From contig MU058781.1 of the NCBI GenBank assembly GCA_013265495.1, positions 10,893,009 through 10,957,008 of the forward strand: a stretch of DNA of 64,000 bases, read 5' to 3'. Every line of letters begins with the position of its first letter. The first letter of the stretch is position 1. Positions 52,136-64,000 of this stretch are shown here, one piece after another. The DNA comes from Vicugna vicugna. Lineage: Eukaryota. The notes beneath the pieces are model-generated. The model searched no databases and was not told where the DNA came from. It was given only the letters and a program-made list of their open reading frames with translations. A program made the position numbers and the translations under genes.

Positions 52136-52374
52136 AATCCTTCGTGACACATTAACTTTCATGATTCAGTTCACTCTTTGTTCAAATTCCTGTTTAAAAA
52201 GGAGCATTTACAGTTTGAAATGTATATTTTCAAATTGAAATCTGGTAGTCAAGGAAATATCTGATTCATTCAAGAGGGAAAGAGGGATTTTAATTGCCAG
52301 GGTGTTTCTTGCCAAACTATCTCAAAGTTCAGGATAACTTAAAATCCACTTGCTTAGAATTCCAGCATGGATGG

Positions 52375-52870
52375 TAACATGCTTTGCTGTCAGTTTCTAA
52401 GGCATTTTCATATCCATTATTTCAATCTTTACAACAGTCATTTGAATTAAGACTTGTTAACAAATCACCCATTGTTTAGATGAGAAAACCAAGGCTCAGA
52501 GAAATGAAATGACTTATACATAAGGTCAGATGGCCATTTTCCTAATTATGCAACTATTTCATATAAAAACAGTAAGAATGAGGTGTCTCTAACACAACTT
52601 ACATTGACAATAGCCTGAATACTACAGAGTCATTGCTTAGAGTTGTTGCTAAGGACATATGATCTAGATTCAGATAACCTGGGTGTGGATCCTGGCTTCC
52701 CCACTTACAACTTGGGTAACTGCAGGCAAGTTAAGTTTTTTAACATTCAGTTGCCAGGTATGTAAAATGGTGATAATCATAATATCTACTTCATAACAAT
52801 ATCATTAATATGAAAGAGATTACACATTTAAAGTAACTGGCAAGTAGAAAGTACTCAATGAGTCCAAGCC
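52375..52870. mobile_element. Two MIR copies in opposite orientation
   Basis: Minus copy 52375-52530 ('cccattgtttagatgagaaaaccaaggctcagaga'); plus copy 52630-52870 ('cctgggtgtggatcctggcttccccacttac...ggcaagtta'). Confidence 0.75.
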
Positions 52871-55800
52871 ATTGAGTATGAGGAACAACATCTAAAAAAC
52901 GGACTAAAACATACATCTAGATCTAAAATATACGTTTTAACGTATGCAAAATGAGGCTCAAAGAAGAAGTATTTTTGAAGAGTTTTAACGACATAATCCA
53001 AAGATAAGAGAACAGAGCAAGATACATAACTCTACATTCAGTATTATTTTGTTTATACACAGCATCAGTGTTTGAGAAAAGCCTGGAAGGATAACCTCTA
53101 AGCATTTGCAGTATTCATTTCCTTTGTGGAGCAATTATTGATGATATGTTGATGAATACTGATTTCCGATTTCAGTTACCTTGCCAGAAAATATGAGCCT
53201 TCTGGAAAATCATCTCATTTATTTAACCAATGGAAATACTGCAGATTACCTCAAGTTCACCTGCCCGACACTTCACCAATAGGAACTAGCTGACCTAGCC
53301 TGAACATTGTTAAGAGACGAGTGTGCTTAGTGAACTCTGCAAAGAGTTCAGCAGCACAAGAACACCATCCAACTCAAGGTGGTTCATCATTAGCTTGTGT
53401 CCTATTAGTACTTCTGTGATCACTGGATATCATTCTGTCATTGAATAAAAACAAATCAAGACTTGAGAACTGAAACATAGCTTTAAAAGCACCTTTTAGG
53501 ACTTCTTCAATGTATGATTGAGAGAATACAGGTCCAGAGCAGCTATGTAACTAAGCAAGGCCCAGCTGCTGGCTAAAGGCACAATCCAGTCAAGAGTCCA
53601 AATCTTGCAATTTGCAGGCCCCTGAATTTCCCCAAGCATCCTGACATCCAAGTGGAAGTACAGTGACGTATTCAGCCAAAATCACCTTAACAGTAAATTA
53701 ATGGGGAAAAGAATATAAGTGTCAGCACAGGGACAAAAAGCAAGGTTATTTAAATCCAGAATAAATCATTAAAGTTGCTTTGCTTTCCTATTCAAATGCA
53801 ACCAATATTTAAAACAAAAAAAAAACAAAAATCAACTAAACCCCAAAATCTATATAATGCAATTTATGGGCAGGTAACAATTGCATTCTTATCTTTGAAG
53901 GTCACAAATATCCATAGTGCTGTTCAGTCACCAAGAAATAGTAATGGAAAGAGGACAAATATTGTTTCACATAACAATTACATTTTTCTGAAGGGCAAAG
54001 TAATATAATTTGCATAATCTCAAGAGTTTTTTTTTTTAATTACAAAGGTAAGAAGTCCAAATCCCCTTTTCATGAACTTTTCAAATAATAAAAGACAGGC
54101 TCACAGGCAGACAGACATGCCAATGTGGGCAGAATAATTAAGATTCATGACTATGATGAGCTAGAAAGAACCAGGGCTTCTAGCAGCGAGGACTAATAGA
54201 ATAATTGTGAGGGAAAAAAAAATGGGACAGACCCCTAGGAGGAAGAAGAAAAGGACTGAGCTGTAATGACTTCAGTCTCCAAAGAGTGAAATAATTCTGC
54301 CTGTAGATTTGAGAGCCCACTCCTCCACACCAGGCTGCCGTGCTGCTGAAAGGAAAGGTGCACTATGCATTTAAGGAATAACCCTAGTTCTGAAATATGA
54401 GCAGCAATTAAGATTTAATAGCTTCTAGGAAGGTCACTTCGCATGTTGCTAGTCTTCCCAAGAAGAACCTGCCTGCGCAGTTCCCAGATTCTCTACCCAA
54501 GGCTGCTGTTCAGTCTTAGAGATCTGAGCATTTGAGAGTCACGTCAATTATATTAAGAGTGAGTGAGTCCCTTTTCCACCTTGATAGCATGCCACATAAG
54601 TACACTTGATGCGGTCACCTAGTAATTCACCTCTTCATCAGAGAAAATGAAAATCTTAAAGAATGAAGGACATAGCTTGGAAGATAACAAGGAATAATAA
54701 CTGCAAGCTATACAGGTTTTGTAACTGGGCAGCATAAATGCAAGTTGAAAGAAAGAGACCTAGGAAAATATTTTGCACATTAAAAAAAAAATCCCTAATT
54801 GCCTTCTGTGCAAGATTGTTCAAGGCAAAAACCAGGACCATTTACAAAGCAATTAGATGTTATCCTGGGGAAAACATAACATTAAAAAGAAGATTACATT
54901 CAATTGTTCAAAGCGTTTTTTTGTGCCCTCTAGGGTCCTGTGCTTTAAATGTGCAGTTGAGGAGCTGACCTACTAGGGATATCTGATGAGGTTCCACAAG
55001 CCAAGCCACTGATGGCAGAGGATACCTTCATTACAGGGTGACAGCTTATTGCAGACCTGAAGTGCCCCCAAATATAATTGGAGAGTTTTCCCCATCTGAA
55101 TTCCAACATTATTGCCCATCACTGACAAGTGACAAACAGAGGACAAACTCGGCATTATACAAAAATTCCAAGGACACATAAATAAGTTGAGCAGAGTTGA
55201 TTCTAAAATATGAAGGATGAAGGAAAGTACAGAAAAAAGAGATGAACAGCAGAGACATTGCCTGATTCTATTAACCTTCCAATCACTTCTTTCCCTAAGG
55301 GCACTCTTCTTTATCATCTGAAGCCTCTCATTCCAAAGGTTTCTCACATTTGAGCCAATTAAATAAAAATCAGGGTCTAGTGGTCAGAATGCTTACAGAC
55401 ATGGCTCACTGGGGACTTTACAACTGGAAACTCTGGTCACAAGTGCCACCCATCTAACAAGGATGCTGGGCTTGGTATTCTTATTCCCTGGAGCATGTGT
55501 TGGCATTATCCACTCTATTATCCGCCCCCATTTCCAAGCTCCCCGGGTTTCCCTGAATTGCTGTTTCCTTCTCTCTGTTTTATCTTCTATTGATCTGCTG
55601 AGTCAACATATGCTACCATTTTCCATGAAAGAAAACATCTGTATTCCACATATATTTGTTCTGAGCATGGAGCCAAAGTGAAATTCTGTTGGCCAGTGCA
55701 TTTTTAATGTAATTACCAGTACCAACCTTTAGGGGCATGTCAATTTAAAACTACTACTGCCAGGACAAATGAAAACTACAACGAATGCAGGTCCAGGATG

Positions 55801-55919
55801 TCACTGTTCATTTTAGATTATGGTTGGAAAGATCAAGTGAAGGGAGAATCTAGTAGATTTGCCAGTACAGGTTTCAACAGCAGCTTTGGTTACATTATAG
55901 TTATTCAATAACAAAGAAC

Positions 55920-56155
55920 TTTATATAACACAATGATGAAGATCAAATATCAGACAACTTGGATTTGAATCCCAGCATCCTTTACCAGCTATATGACCTT
56001 CAGCAACCTAGTAACTTCTTAAAGTCTCAGTTTTCCCATCTCAAAAATGACCATAATAGTAGTATATCATATAATGATTAAGTGAGATAATAATTTAAAA
56101 GGTAGGCACAATGCAGACATATTGTTTTTCAAGAGCTCAACAAATGTTAGCTGTG
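55920..56155 (+). mobile_element. MIR SINE
   Basis: 'ttggatttgaatcccagc...accagctatatgacctt...gtctcagttttcccatct...gctcaacaaatgttagct'. Confidence 0.85.
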
Positions 56156-56253
56156 TTAGGAAAGTGTTGAGGAGAAAATTAGCAGAGTTAAGGTTTTCTT
56201 AATAGATATACTAGAAAATTAGTGAAAGCTCAATACATCTAAATTTCCAGAGG

Positions 56254-56441
56254 AGAGATTCTCAAATTTTAGCATGCGTCACAATCATCTGGAGGGATTA
56301 TTAAAACTTGGGTTACTAGACCCCAGCCCCTAAGTATCTAATTAAGTAAATCTGGGAGGAGGCTGAGAATTTACATTTCTAACAAGTTCCCAGATGATGT
56401 GGATGCTGTTGGACTAGTGAATACACGTTGAAAGCTGCAGC
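56254..56441. mobile_element. MER5A hAT-Charlie MITE
   Basis: 'ttctcaaattttagcatgcgtcacaatcatctggaggg...ctgagaatttacatttctaacaagttcccagatgatg'. Confidence 0.85.
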
Positions 56442-58474
56442 TACAGCAAAAGGAGAGAGAGCTGATTCACTATTAGGCACCCCCATGTGTGAGCCACTCT
56501 ACACACCTACGACATTTAGTTCATTGAAAAGAACTGATCTTACTCTCCAGATAGAGAAGCCATATTTCTCAGTCAGTCATAAATACTGCCATTCAGTTCT
56601 AAAAAGTTGGCTACTATGGAGATAATCTCCTGGGCAAGAAAATTATTTGCAGTTACATACCTTTTTTAATCAGTCTTGGTCAAATTTGAATCAATCCCTG
56701 TACTTAATAAGCAGATTTCTTTTATCTATTAGTAATGCTTTGGAGGTTAAATAATACTCTATCCTACCCTGCAAGATTTATATGCCAAAGGATTTGTCAT
56801 ACCTTAATGAAGAAGGAACACAGAGGAGGGAGATAAGTGATATGTCAGGAAATTAAGCTCATAATAAAAGTATTATTTTTCAACATTTTCCATTTTGGCA
56901 TTAATCCAAATTTAGATATCAGTAACAGTCATTAGTTATCAGTAAAATTTTAATAAGAGTTTTATAATTATAAAATTATTAATTTTATAAACTATTCTTT
57001 TTTTGATCATTATCAGCACTTTTTAAAAAACAAAATTTGTATAATAAAATAACACCACAAAATAAACTGAAAGTTTAAATCTATGTTTAAAAATTTTCAT
57101 GAGTACTTGATGGAGTGTGTTAAAGAGAAAAGTTGTTTAAAATAGAAATGGGATGAAGGGTTCTTTTAAACCCTTGAAACTCCATATTCAAGATTAAGAA
57201 TGAGGACATTTCTCACCACTTCTACCTTTCATTTAAAATATTATTCAGAGTATAATTTTTGAAGTCAATCAAATCAATAAATGCCACGCAAAAGCCTCGT
57301 ATAAACCAGGTGACCTCATTAATGCCAGCTTCACAGTTGAATGACATTCCATCATATCGAATGTTAAGGTGTAAAGTACAAATTAAACATGGCAATAGGA
57401 GTGTGCAATTCCATTTTATCTTGTTAGAATGCATTTCTTGACTACAGTTAATTTGACCTTCATAGCAATGACCAAATGAAACAAGTTTTAAAATAAATGT
57501 GTAACAAGGATTTATTTGGTGAATTTGAATACCTTCTGCTTTCTTATCACTAGTGACTGGTTTCTATGGGAAAGCTTCTTACAAAATGCTTTAGTCTTAC
57601 TACTACTCAAATAAAATAAAATCAATTTCATGTTCCTACTAACAGTTGGTACCTAAATCTATTGGATTCCCTCCATTGTCCTTGAATCTTTAATTCACCA
57701 AGAACATGTTCAAAGAACTGCAATCTCACAAATGTAATGCTTGACTTAAGAGAAAAGCATTTCATTTCTATTTTGCTTCATTTTAAACAAATTCCCTTGA
57801 CTATTTAAGACATTTTTAAAAAATAGAAATAAATGAGATTTTGAGACAAAGGTTTTTGTTAGGAGTAGTCTGAATATTTTTCCTTAACTAAAGCATAAAC
57901 CAGAGCTTGTTTTTGCCCTAAAAATGAACAACAGATATTCTATATTACAAACTGAAGCCTAATTTTGATGACATCCATTGGTTAGCCAGATTATCCCAGT
58001 CAGCTTTTTGGACACAGACATTTTCTAAAAACTGAGACCACTGAGATGATAAGGAACAAAATGCGATGATGAAGGTTTGCTGAAAGAGTAAGGAATTCCA
58101 AGCACATCTGATGACTCTGTTCACCAACAATTATAGGAGCCAGACTTCCTACAGAAATAGCCATTTCCATGCTGTGTAATTATTGATCTGCAGATGCTGC
58201 ATATGAGCTGACTTTGGGAAAAAAACACTGACTCCCAGCTCCTTCTGCTTAAATATCATTAATTGAGCTCCTTCTACCTGTCAGCCATTGTAATGAAGAT
58301 AGCAAAAAAAAAAAAGAAAAAAAAAAGGCATTAACCAATCTGTCTTCACACCCACACCCAACTCAATCCCATGTAGAGGGTCTCTCTCCTAGGAGAGAAA
58401 AGTCTGTCCTTCTTTGTTGTCTGTCTTCCGCTGGTGCTCTGGACTCCAGCACACTGGGCTGAAGTTCAGGGCAT

Positions 58475-58935
58475 TAATCATGAATAGGAAACAATCATGA
58501 AGAGGAAAACAAGACAGAGTCCCTATCCTTAGGGAACTGTATGCTAATGAAGAGGCATATTCATCAAATAAAGGTCATAATAAATACTAAGAAAAAATAT
58601 GCAAGGTTTTGTAATTGAGAAAATCCTATTTGATATAATGGAGTTAGGGGAGCTGATACATCAAGAATGAAATGGTGCCAACAGAAAATGTATTCCAGGC
58701 ACAGGGAAAGGTCAGTGCAAAAGGCCTTGCAGCTGGAAGAGCTTCCACTGATGGCAACTGAGAAAGATGGCAAGCAGGGCTGGGACTTAGTGAGCACTGG
58801 GGAGGGAACTATGAGACAAAGGACACAGATGAGGATGGTAAATTAGACAATAGATCCTGTAAGTCCCCAAAGTCAAGGAAAGAATTTTTTTCCACTCTAA
58901 TTGACAGAGTGAAATTTTTGTACAGTCAGGTATGT
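58475..58935 (-). mobile_element. L2 fragment
   Basis: 'aagacagagtccctatcctt...tattccaggcacagggaaaggtcagtgcaaaaggcc'. Confidence 0.75.
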
Positions 58936-59654
58936 AGTAGCACAAAAAGATAGCAAGTAGTTCTGCTGAAAAAGAATAGTAAAGTACAAAGAGCAGTATT
59001 TGAGCCAAGCCTTAAACGAATTGCCAAGAGAAAAAGGAAAGATTATTAAGTCTACACACATGGTCTTTGTAACTGGAGATTTCATAGATAATTGTATTGA
59101 AGAGCTAAGGTCATTTTTATTTTTTAACGAACAAATTGTATTCATGCCCCAGTTAAACAACTCCAATGCTATCAAAGACTGCCATAAGCAGAAATAAATT
59201 TTTACTGTCAATCCCAGTCAAAGGTGTTTTCCATTGTCTAGATCAAGGAATTTGAGGTCAAGTCCTCAAATACTGGACTGCCTAATGCATGGCTGTAGAG
59301 TTAGGCCAAGGGTGAAGTCAAAAGGTGGAAATCCCTGGGGCAGAAGAGGGGGATGAATACATAAGTCACTGAGTGCTTGCTTCTAGAGTCCTCTAGAAAC
59401 TTCAGGGAGTTCATGCTTTCCCTCCCCAGACCAGTGGGGTGTCCCAGTAGGCATCAGGAAAAACCCACAATTGTCCTCCGCTGGTGTAGCTATATAAAAG
59501 ACCACCCAACTAATGGGACCACTAGCAAAAAGCTGCCATTTTCTGACCTGTCCCCCTCCCCACTCTAGACTGTACCAGAAAATCTGCATTACCTTTTGAG
59601 TAAGTTATTGATTACAGGTGAGATTAATATTAGCACAATCTGTCCAGTAAATTA

Positions 59655-60065
59655 AGCCACTAAACTGTAAACACCATGAGAGCAGGGGTCACATGGTTTG
59701 TTCACCAAGATTGGCATAGTCTTTAGCTCTTACCAGGTGCTCAATTAATATCTGTTGAAGGAAATACAGTGTACATTATGAAAATAACTGATAACACTAT
59801 TCCAAATAAGCATAAACAATACATACTATAGTAGTTAAGATAGAGAAGTATTACTTTCCAGTAGGGTGTTTAGAAAGGCTAGCCAGAGTGAAAGGGATCT
59901 GAGCCAGATATTGAAGGATCACGATGATGATGATGGTGATGACATACGCCAGGCATTATCTAAGCACTTTCATACATTAATTCATTAATCCTCATAATGA
60001 GACTGTGAAGTAAGCCCTATTATTATCCTAATTTTCCTGATGATGAAACTAAGAAGCAGATTAGA
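59655..60065. mobile_element. L2 and MIR fragments
   Basis: Plus L2 end 'actaaactgtaaacaccatgagagcaggg...ggtgctcaattaatatctgttgaa'; minus MIR 'gccaggcattatctaagcacttt...taatcctcataa'. Confidence 0.7.
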
Positions 60066-61029
60066 TGTGCTGTTGATAAACAGAAAAGAGCAAGGAGAGC
60101 ACATTAAAAACAAGAGGATCAGTAAACTCAATAAATTCTAAATTAAAATGCAAATTACCCAACTCTTCATTGTGTACAGTCACCTCCCTTACGACAGCCA
60201 CAGAGAAAGGGTAAATAATGATGTCCTTCCAAAGAACATCAATAGAACCGATTTATTAAATGGCCCGAACTCAAATGGTTTGACTTTTATCCCATCCCAG
60301 GCTACAAAAATGTTTGGGTTTTTGAAGGCACCTTGACAGCTCCCACTGTTTTCTGTTCACTCAAGTAAATAATTTCTTTCTAAATCAAACAAAATCCAAT
60401 CAAATCCAGTTCATAGCTCTTCTGTCGGACAGGGTGGAGGAGTTGGGCAGTGAGTGTACTCCCATGATTCCCTGGGGAACTGCGAATTGAGGAAGTACAT
60501 CTGTGTTCACCCAGAAGAGGAAATCAAAGCTTCTGCATCTGCCTGGAAAAGAGGATGAACTGTTTCAACGACAAGAACCCCAAAAACAATTAGTTACACC
60601 TATTCTGTTACTTTGTTCCTGACACCAAGCCTGAAAAAACAGGAGTGTGTGGCAACCTGCCCTCTCCTTCCTAATGAAGTTATTAGGACTTTTATTTGAT
60701 TTCAGTGAATTAAGAAGCTAGTTTCTATGTACTAGATGTAAAGAAAATAAGCCATTAAAAAACAGACTAACAACTAAAAATATTTTGCTTGGGAAAAAAC
60801 TCAGAGGTCACTGATGCTGACACAAGCATCCGCTTAGGACCAGCCATCCTAGGTGAGTGTGTGAGGTCTGTGGTTTATGATATATCAACAGCTGTGCAAT
60901 GTAAGATACACTGTTATGACACTCAAGCTTAAATTATTTGACCTTATTAACTACTCAGGGACAGTCAGGAGACAACTGTAAGTAATTACTCTGAGAGGTT
61001 TAAGAATTTGTTCCATTTTTAAATTGTTA

Positions 61030-61175
61030 TTTAGTATCCATGGGAAAAAAATTGCTGGTCTGGATTCAGGATAACTGAATTCTGATATTGGCCTTGCCAC
61101 TGATTTCTTATGTGACTTTGTGCAAGTTACTTACCTTCACCAAGCCTCAGTGTCCTCATCAGTGTACTAAAGGAC
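61030..61175 (+). mobile_element. MIR SINE fragment
   Basis: 'tgtgactttgtgcaagttacttacc...agcctcagtgtcctcatc'. Confidence 0.75.
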
Positions 61176-61254
61176 CTGAACTAAGCCATCATTCAAACAC
61201 ACAAGTGGCACTCTATTAGGCACCAGGGAAACAAAAATGATACCAGTCCCTGAT

Positions 61255-61630
61255 GTCATTCTCATATTTCAGGAGAGCAGAAGCCCAAAATCAAGGGATT
61301 AGTTCCTTCGGTAGGCTCTGAGAGAGAAACTGTCCCATGTCTCTCTTTCTTAGCTTCTGAAGGTTGCCAGGGATCCCTGGCATTTCTTAGCTTATAGATG
61401 CATCATTCTAATCTCTGCCTTCATCTTCACATTGCTTTCTCTCTGCCTCCTTGTCTTCTTTTCTTCTTAAAAGAACACCAGTGTTTTTGTAAGGACTCTA
61501 AATTCAGGATGATTTCATCTGGAGATCCTTAACTAACTACATCTGCCGAAGACCTTATTTCCAAATATGATCACATTCTGAGTTTCCATGTAGACATGAA
61601 TTTGGGGAGGACACTATTCAACCCTCTCCA
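61255..61630 (-). mobile_element. MaLR LTR (MLT1B/C-like)
   Basis: 'ttatagatgcatcattctaatctctgccttcatcttcaca...gaccttatttccaaata...gaatttggggaggacactattcaaccc'. Confidence 0.85.
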
Positions 61631-63260
61631 GATGCTACTCTTGCTTCATGACTTACACACAGCTTCTCTAGGCTCTAAATGGCAAACAGGGGGACATCTT
61701 TCGGTCTAGAATGGTAATGGAACACTTCCTACTATAAGATTAACAGAGACTTTGCAGACATTTCTGTCTCCTGCATAATGGTTTTTGAAATGCTTCTCTT
61801 AAAAAAATCTTCTGCACTAATATAGATTTTCATATAGTTTATCTTTATCAATAAAACCTCAGGAAAATTAAACCATAAAGAAATTTCCAAAAAGCACTAT
61901 CAATGTGAATGGAATCCACAAAGGTTCCAAAGCAAGAATAAAGACTGGGGTTTGTGCCCTCTCCATTGAATTTCAGTCTTTTGAGAAAGTATACCAGATA
62001 CAAACAGATGGCTAGCCTAGATTTGGATGTGCATGAATGTAAATTATTGTTGGTTTATAATAGTGGAAATCACAAACACTTATTGTTGCTTTCATTCAGG
62101 TGGGATTTTTTTTTATATGGTTGTTTTTTCTATAGTTGGTGATGGGAGAAGCACCTTTGTTTAGCTTAGCACAGTAAGAAGAGCCCTAGTCTCTCATCAG
62201 AGTAGGGAGTGAACAGATGGAGCCCCAGGCATCACAGACCTGAAGGGCCTTTCCTAATATATAACTTTGGGATTTACTGTTCCCAAATATCAGAGAAAGC
62301 TAAATGTTAGCTTTAAAAAAAAAAAAAGTCAGGTCAAATTTTGCAGTTCTTTCTTAGGAACAATCCCTGATGCTCCACTATTCCCTTTGTTCCTTACAGC
62401 GGGATGGAAGGCTTCATTTATAAAGCATTACAGGAGAAGGAAATGGTAAATGATACAAAAAAGTCCCTGGATTACATTTAGAAATGTTATGGGACTCTGT
62501 AAACCTTCCTGTCTGACTTTGTGGCTTTCAGTACAAGGAAATTTGGGGAAGGGTCCAATAAAGTAGATATTAAGGAAGTCAACTGTACTTTTTTTTTTTT
62601 GCTACATCTTTTTTGGTACCATTTCATTAAGTTGGATTAACAGGTATATTCACTATTGAAGAGTTAGTACTTTGAAGTTTTGTTGATTTACTACTTTTTC
62701 TTCATTACCAACATCTTCAAAACTAATCTTTTATAAGATTAGTAACTATTTTTATTTCTGAAATGCAGAATATGAGAGTTCTTATTTCCATATCAATATA
62801 CAGTGCTTTGTACCTGCTAGGAAAAGTATAGAAATTCGTTGACATAAAATGAGACAGAAGTCACCCTTCAGAAATTCACTGATCAGATATTGAAATTAAA
62901 TGGACAAAAAGAAGTACTATCATTTATTCAGGATTGGGAGAGTTCTAGCTCTTGATGCAGGAACAGTCCTTTCTTTCCTTGAAACTCTGATTGCCACATA
63001 GGTGTATCCTTTGGAGTGAGAAAGATAGAATTGTACAGACTCTGGAATATTATAAATTATAGCCCAGAAGGAGAAAAAAGCCAACAGTGGTCTATTTCAC
63101 TTCAAAGCTGCACAATTCCAAGCCACCTCATATGAGTTACATTTCTTAATGCTGTGGTATGTCATTCTTTGGCCTCACAGGAAATTTGAACCACACTGAG
63201 CAGTTAATAAAAATCTTTTTCCTTTCCACAACCCATGCAATATTTTCTAACTTTGTTTTA

Positions 63261-64000
63261 GGACCAGACAGCTTCACTGGGGAATTCTACCAAACATACA
63301 AAGAAGAACTCATAGCAGTCCTTCTCAAACTCTTTCAGAATATTGAAAAAGAGGGAATACTCCCAAACTCATTCTATGAAGCCACCATCACCCTGATACC
63401 AAAACTAGGCAAAGACACCACCAAAAAAGAGAATTACAGACCAATATCACTGATGAACATAGATGCAAATATCCTTACCAAAATACTAGCAAATAGAATC
63501 CAACAGCACATAAAAAAGATTATACATCATGATCAAGTGGGGTTCATCCCAGGGACACAAGGATGGTTCAACATACACAAATCAATCAATGTAATACATC
63601 ACATCAACAAGAGAAAGGACAAAAACCACATGATCATCTCAATCGATGCAGAAAAAGCACTGATAAAATTCAACACCCATTTATGATAAAAACTCTCACC
63701 AAAGTGGGTATAGAGGGAATATATCTCAACATAATAAAAGCTATATATGACAAACCTACAGCCAGCATAGTATTCAAAGGTGAAAAACTCAAAAGCTTCC
63801 CACTAAAATCTGGGACAAGACAAGGCTGCCCACTATCACCACTCCTATTCAACATAGTCTTGGAAGTCCTAGCCACAGCAATCAGGCAAGAGAGAGAAAT
63901 AAAAGGGATCCAAGTTGGAAAAGAAGAGGTGAAAGTGTCACTATATGCAGATGACATGATACCATACATAGAAAACCCTAAAAGGTCCACACAAAAACTA
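63261..64000 (+). mobile_element. Young 5'-truncated L1, ORF2 reverse-transcriptase domain, one frameshift; continues beyond window
   Basis: [16 protein letters not shown]...[15 protein letters not shown]...[16 protein letters not shown]...ISIDAEKA, a 1-nt deletion at ~63660, then [10 protein letters not shown]...[21 protein letters not shown]...SLYADDM with no stop to the window end. Confidence 0.97.

Noticed and set aside
54008..54015. Isolated octamer motifs (also near 25126 and 60148)
   Set aside because: An AT-rich 8-mer expected several times by chance; no adjacent SOX site in composite spacing.
54973..55347. 124-aa minus-strand ORF
   Set aside because: Non-ATG start, no recognisable domain, and composition typical of non-coding DNA.
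58383..58398. 16-bp perfect palindrome tctctcctaggagaga
   Set aside because: About one 8-bp-arm palindrome is expected by chance in 64 kb (64000/4^8), and this one is low-complexity.
63243..63262. Splice acceptor created at the L1 5' junction (ctaac...ttttag|G)
   Set aside because: The branch-like CTAAC is only ~10 nt from the AG and the pyrimidine tract is short; the AG is more simply microhomology with the L1 sequence.
63159..63686. 175-aa ORF as a host gene
   Set aside because: It is 34 codons of flanking DNA fortuitously in frame with L1 ORF2, and it ends just after the L1 frameshift.
63670..63990. 106-aa minus-strand ORF
   Set aside because: Antisense shadow frame of L1 ORF2.

Overview
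Mammalian non-coding DNA (intronic or intergenic): AT-rich, CpG-poor, with no CpG island. A tRNA-Ala-derived Vic-1-type SINE at ~6.45 kb, and no recognisable Alu, Bov-tA/BovB, PRE-1 or B1/B2 elements, point to a camelid (alpaca, llama or camel). I found no convincing host protein-coding exon. Nearly all tracked ORFs are chance frames or L1 debris. The only near-intact protein sequence is a young, 5'-truncated, frameshifted L1 ORF2 reverse-transcriptase segment that runs off the right end and has a YADD active-site motif. The rest is layered transposon fossils (MIR, L2, L1, MaLR/ERVL solo LTRs, MER5/MER119 hATs, a Tigger1 deletion derivative), microsatellites including a pure (TA)57, and several repeat-free stretches that look like enhancers. 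Repeat families were assigned by eye from remembered consensus sequences, so subfamily names and most boundaries are approximate. I cannot support a claim of a new biological system. The best leads are a candidate 6-nt microexon (36880-36885), a nuclear-receptor ER8/DR4 cluster (~53.3 kb) and an NKX-GATA-NKX hairpin (~31.9 kb). All need conservation or expression data.
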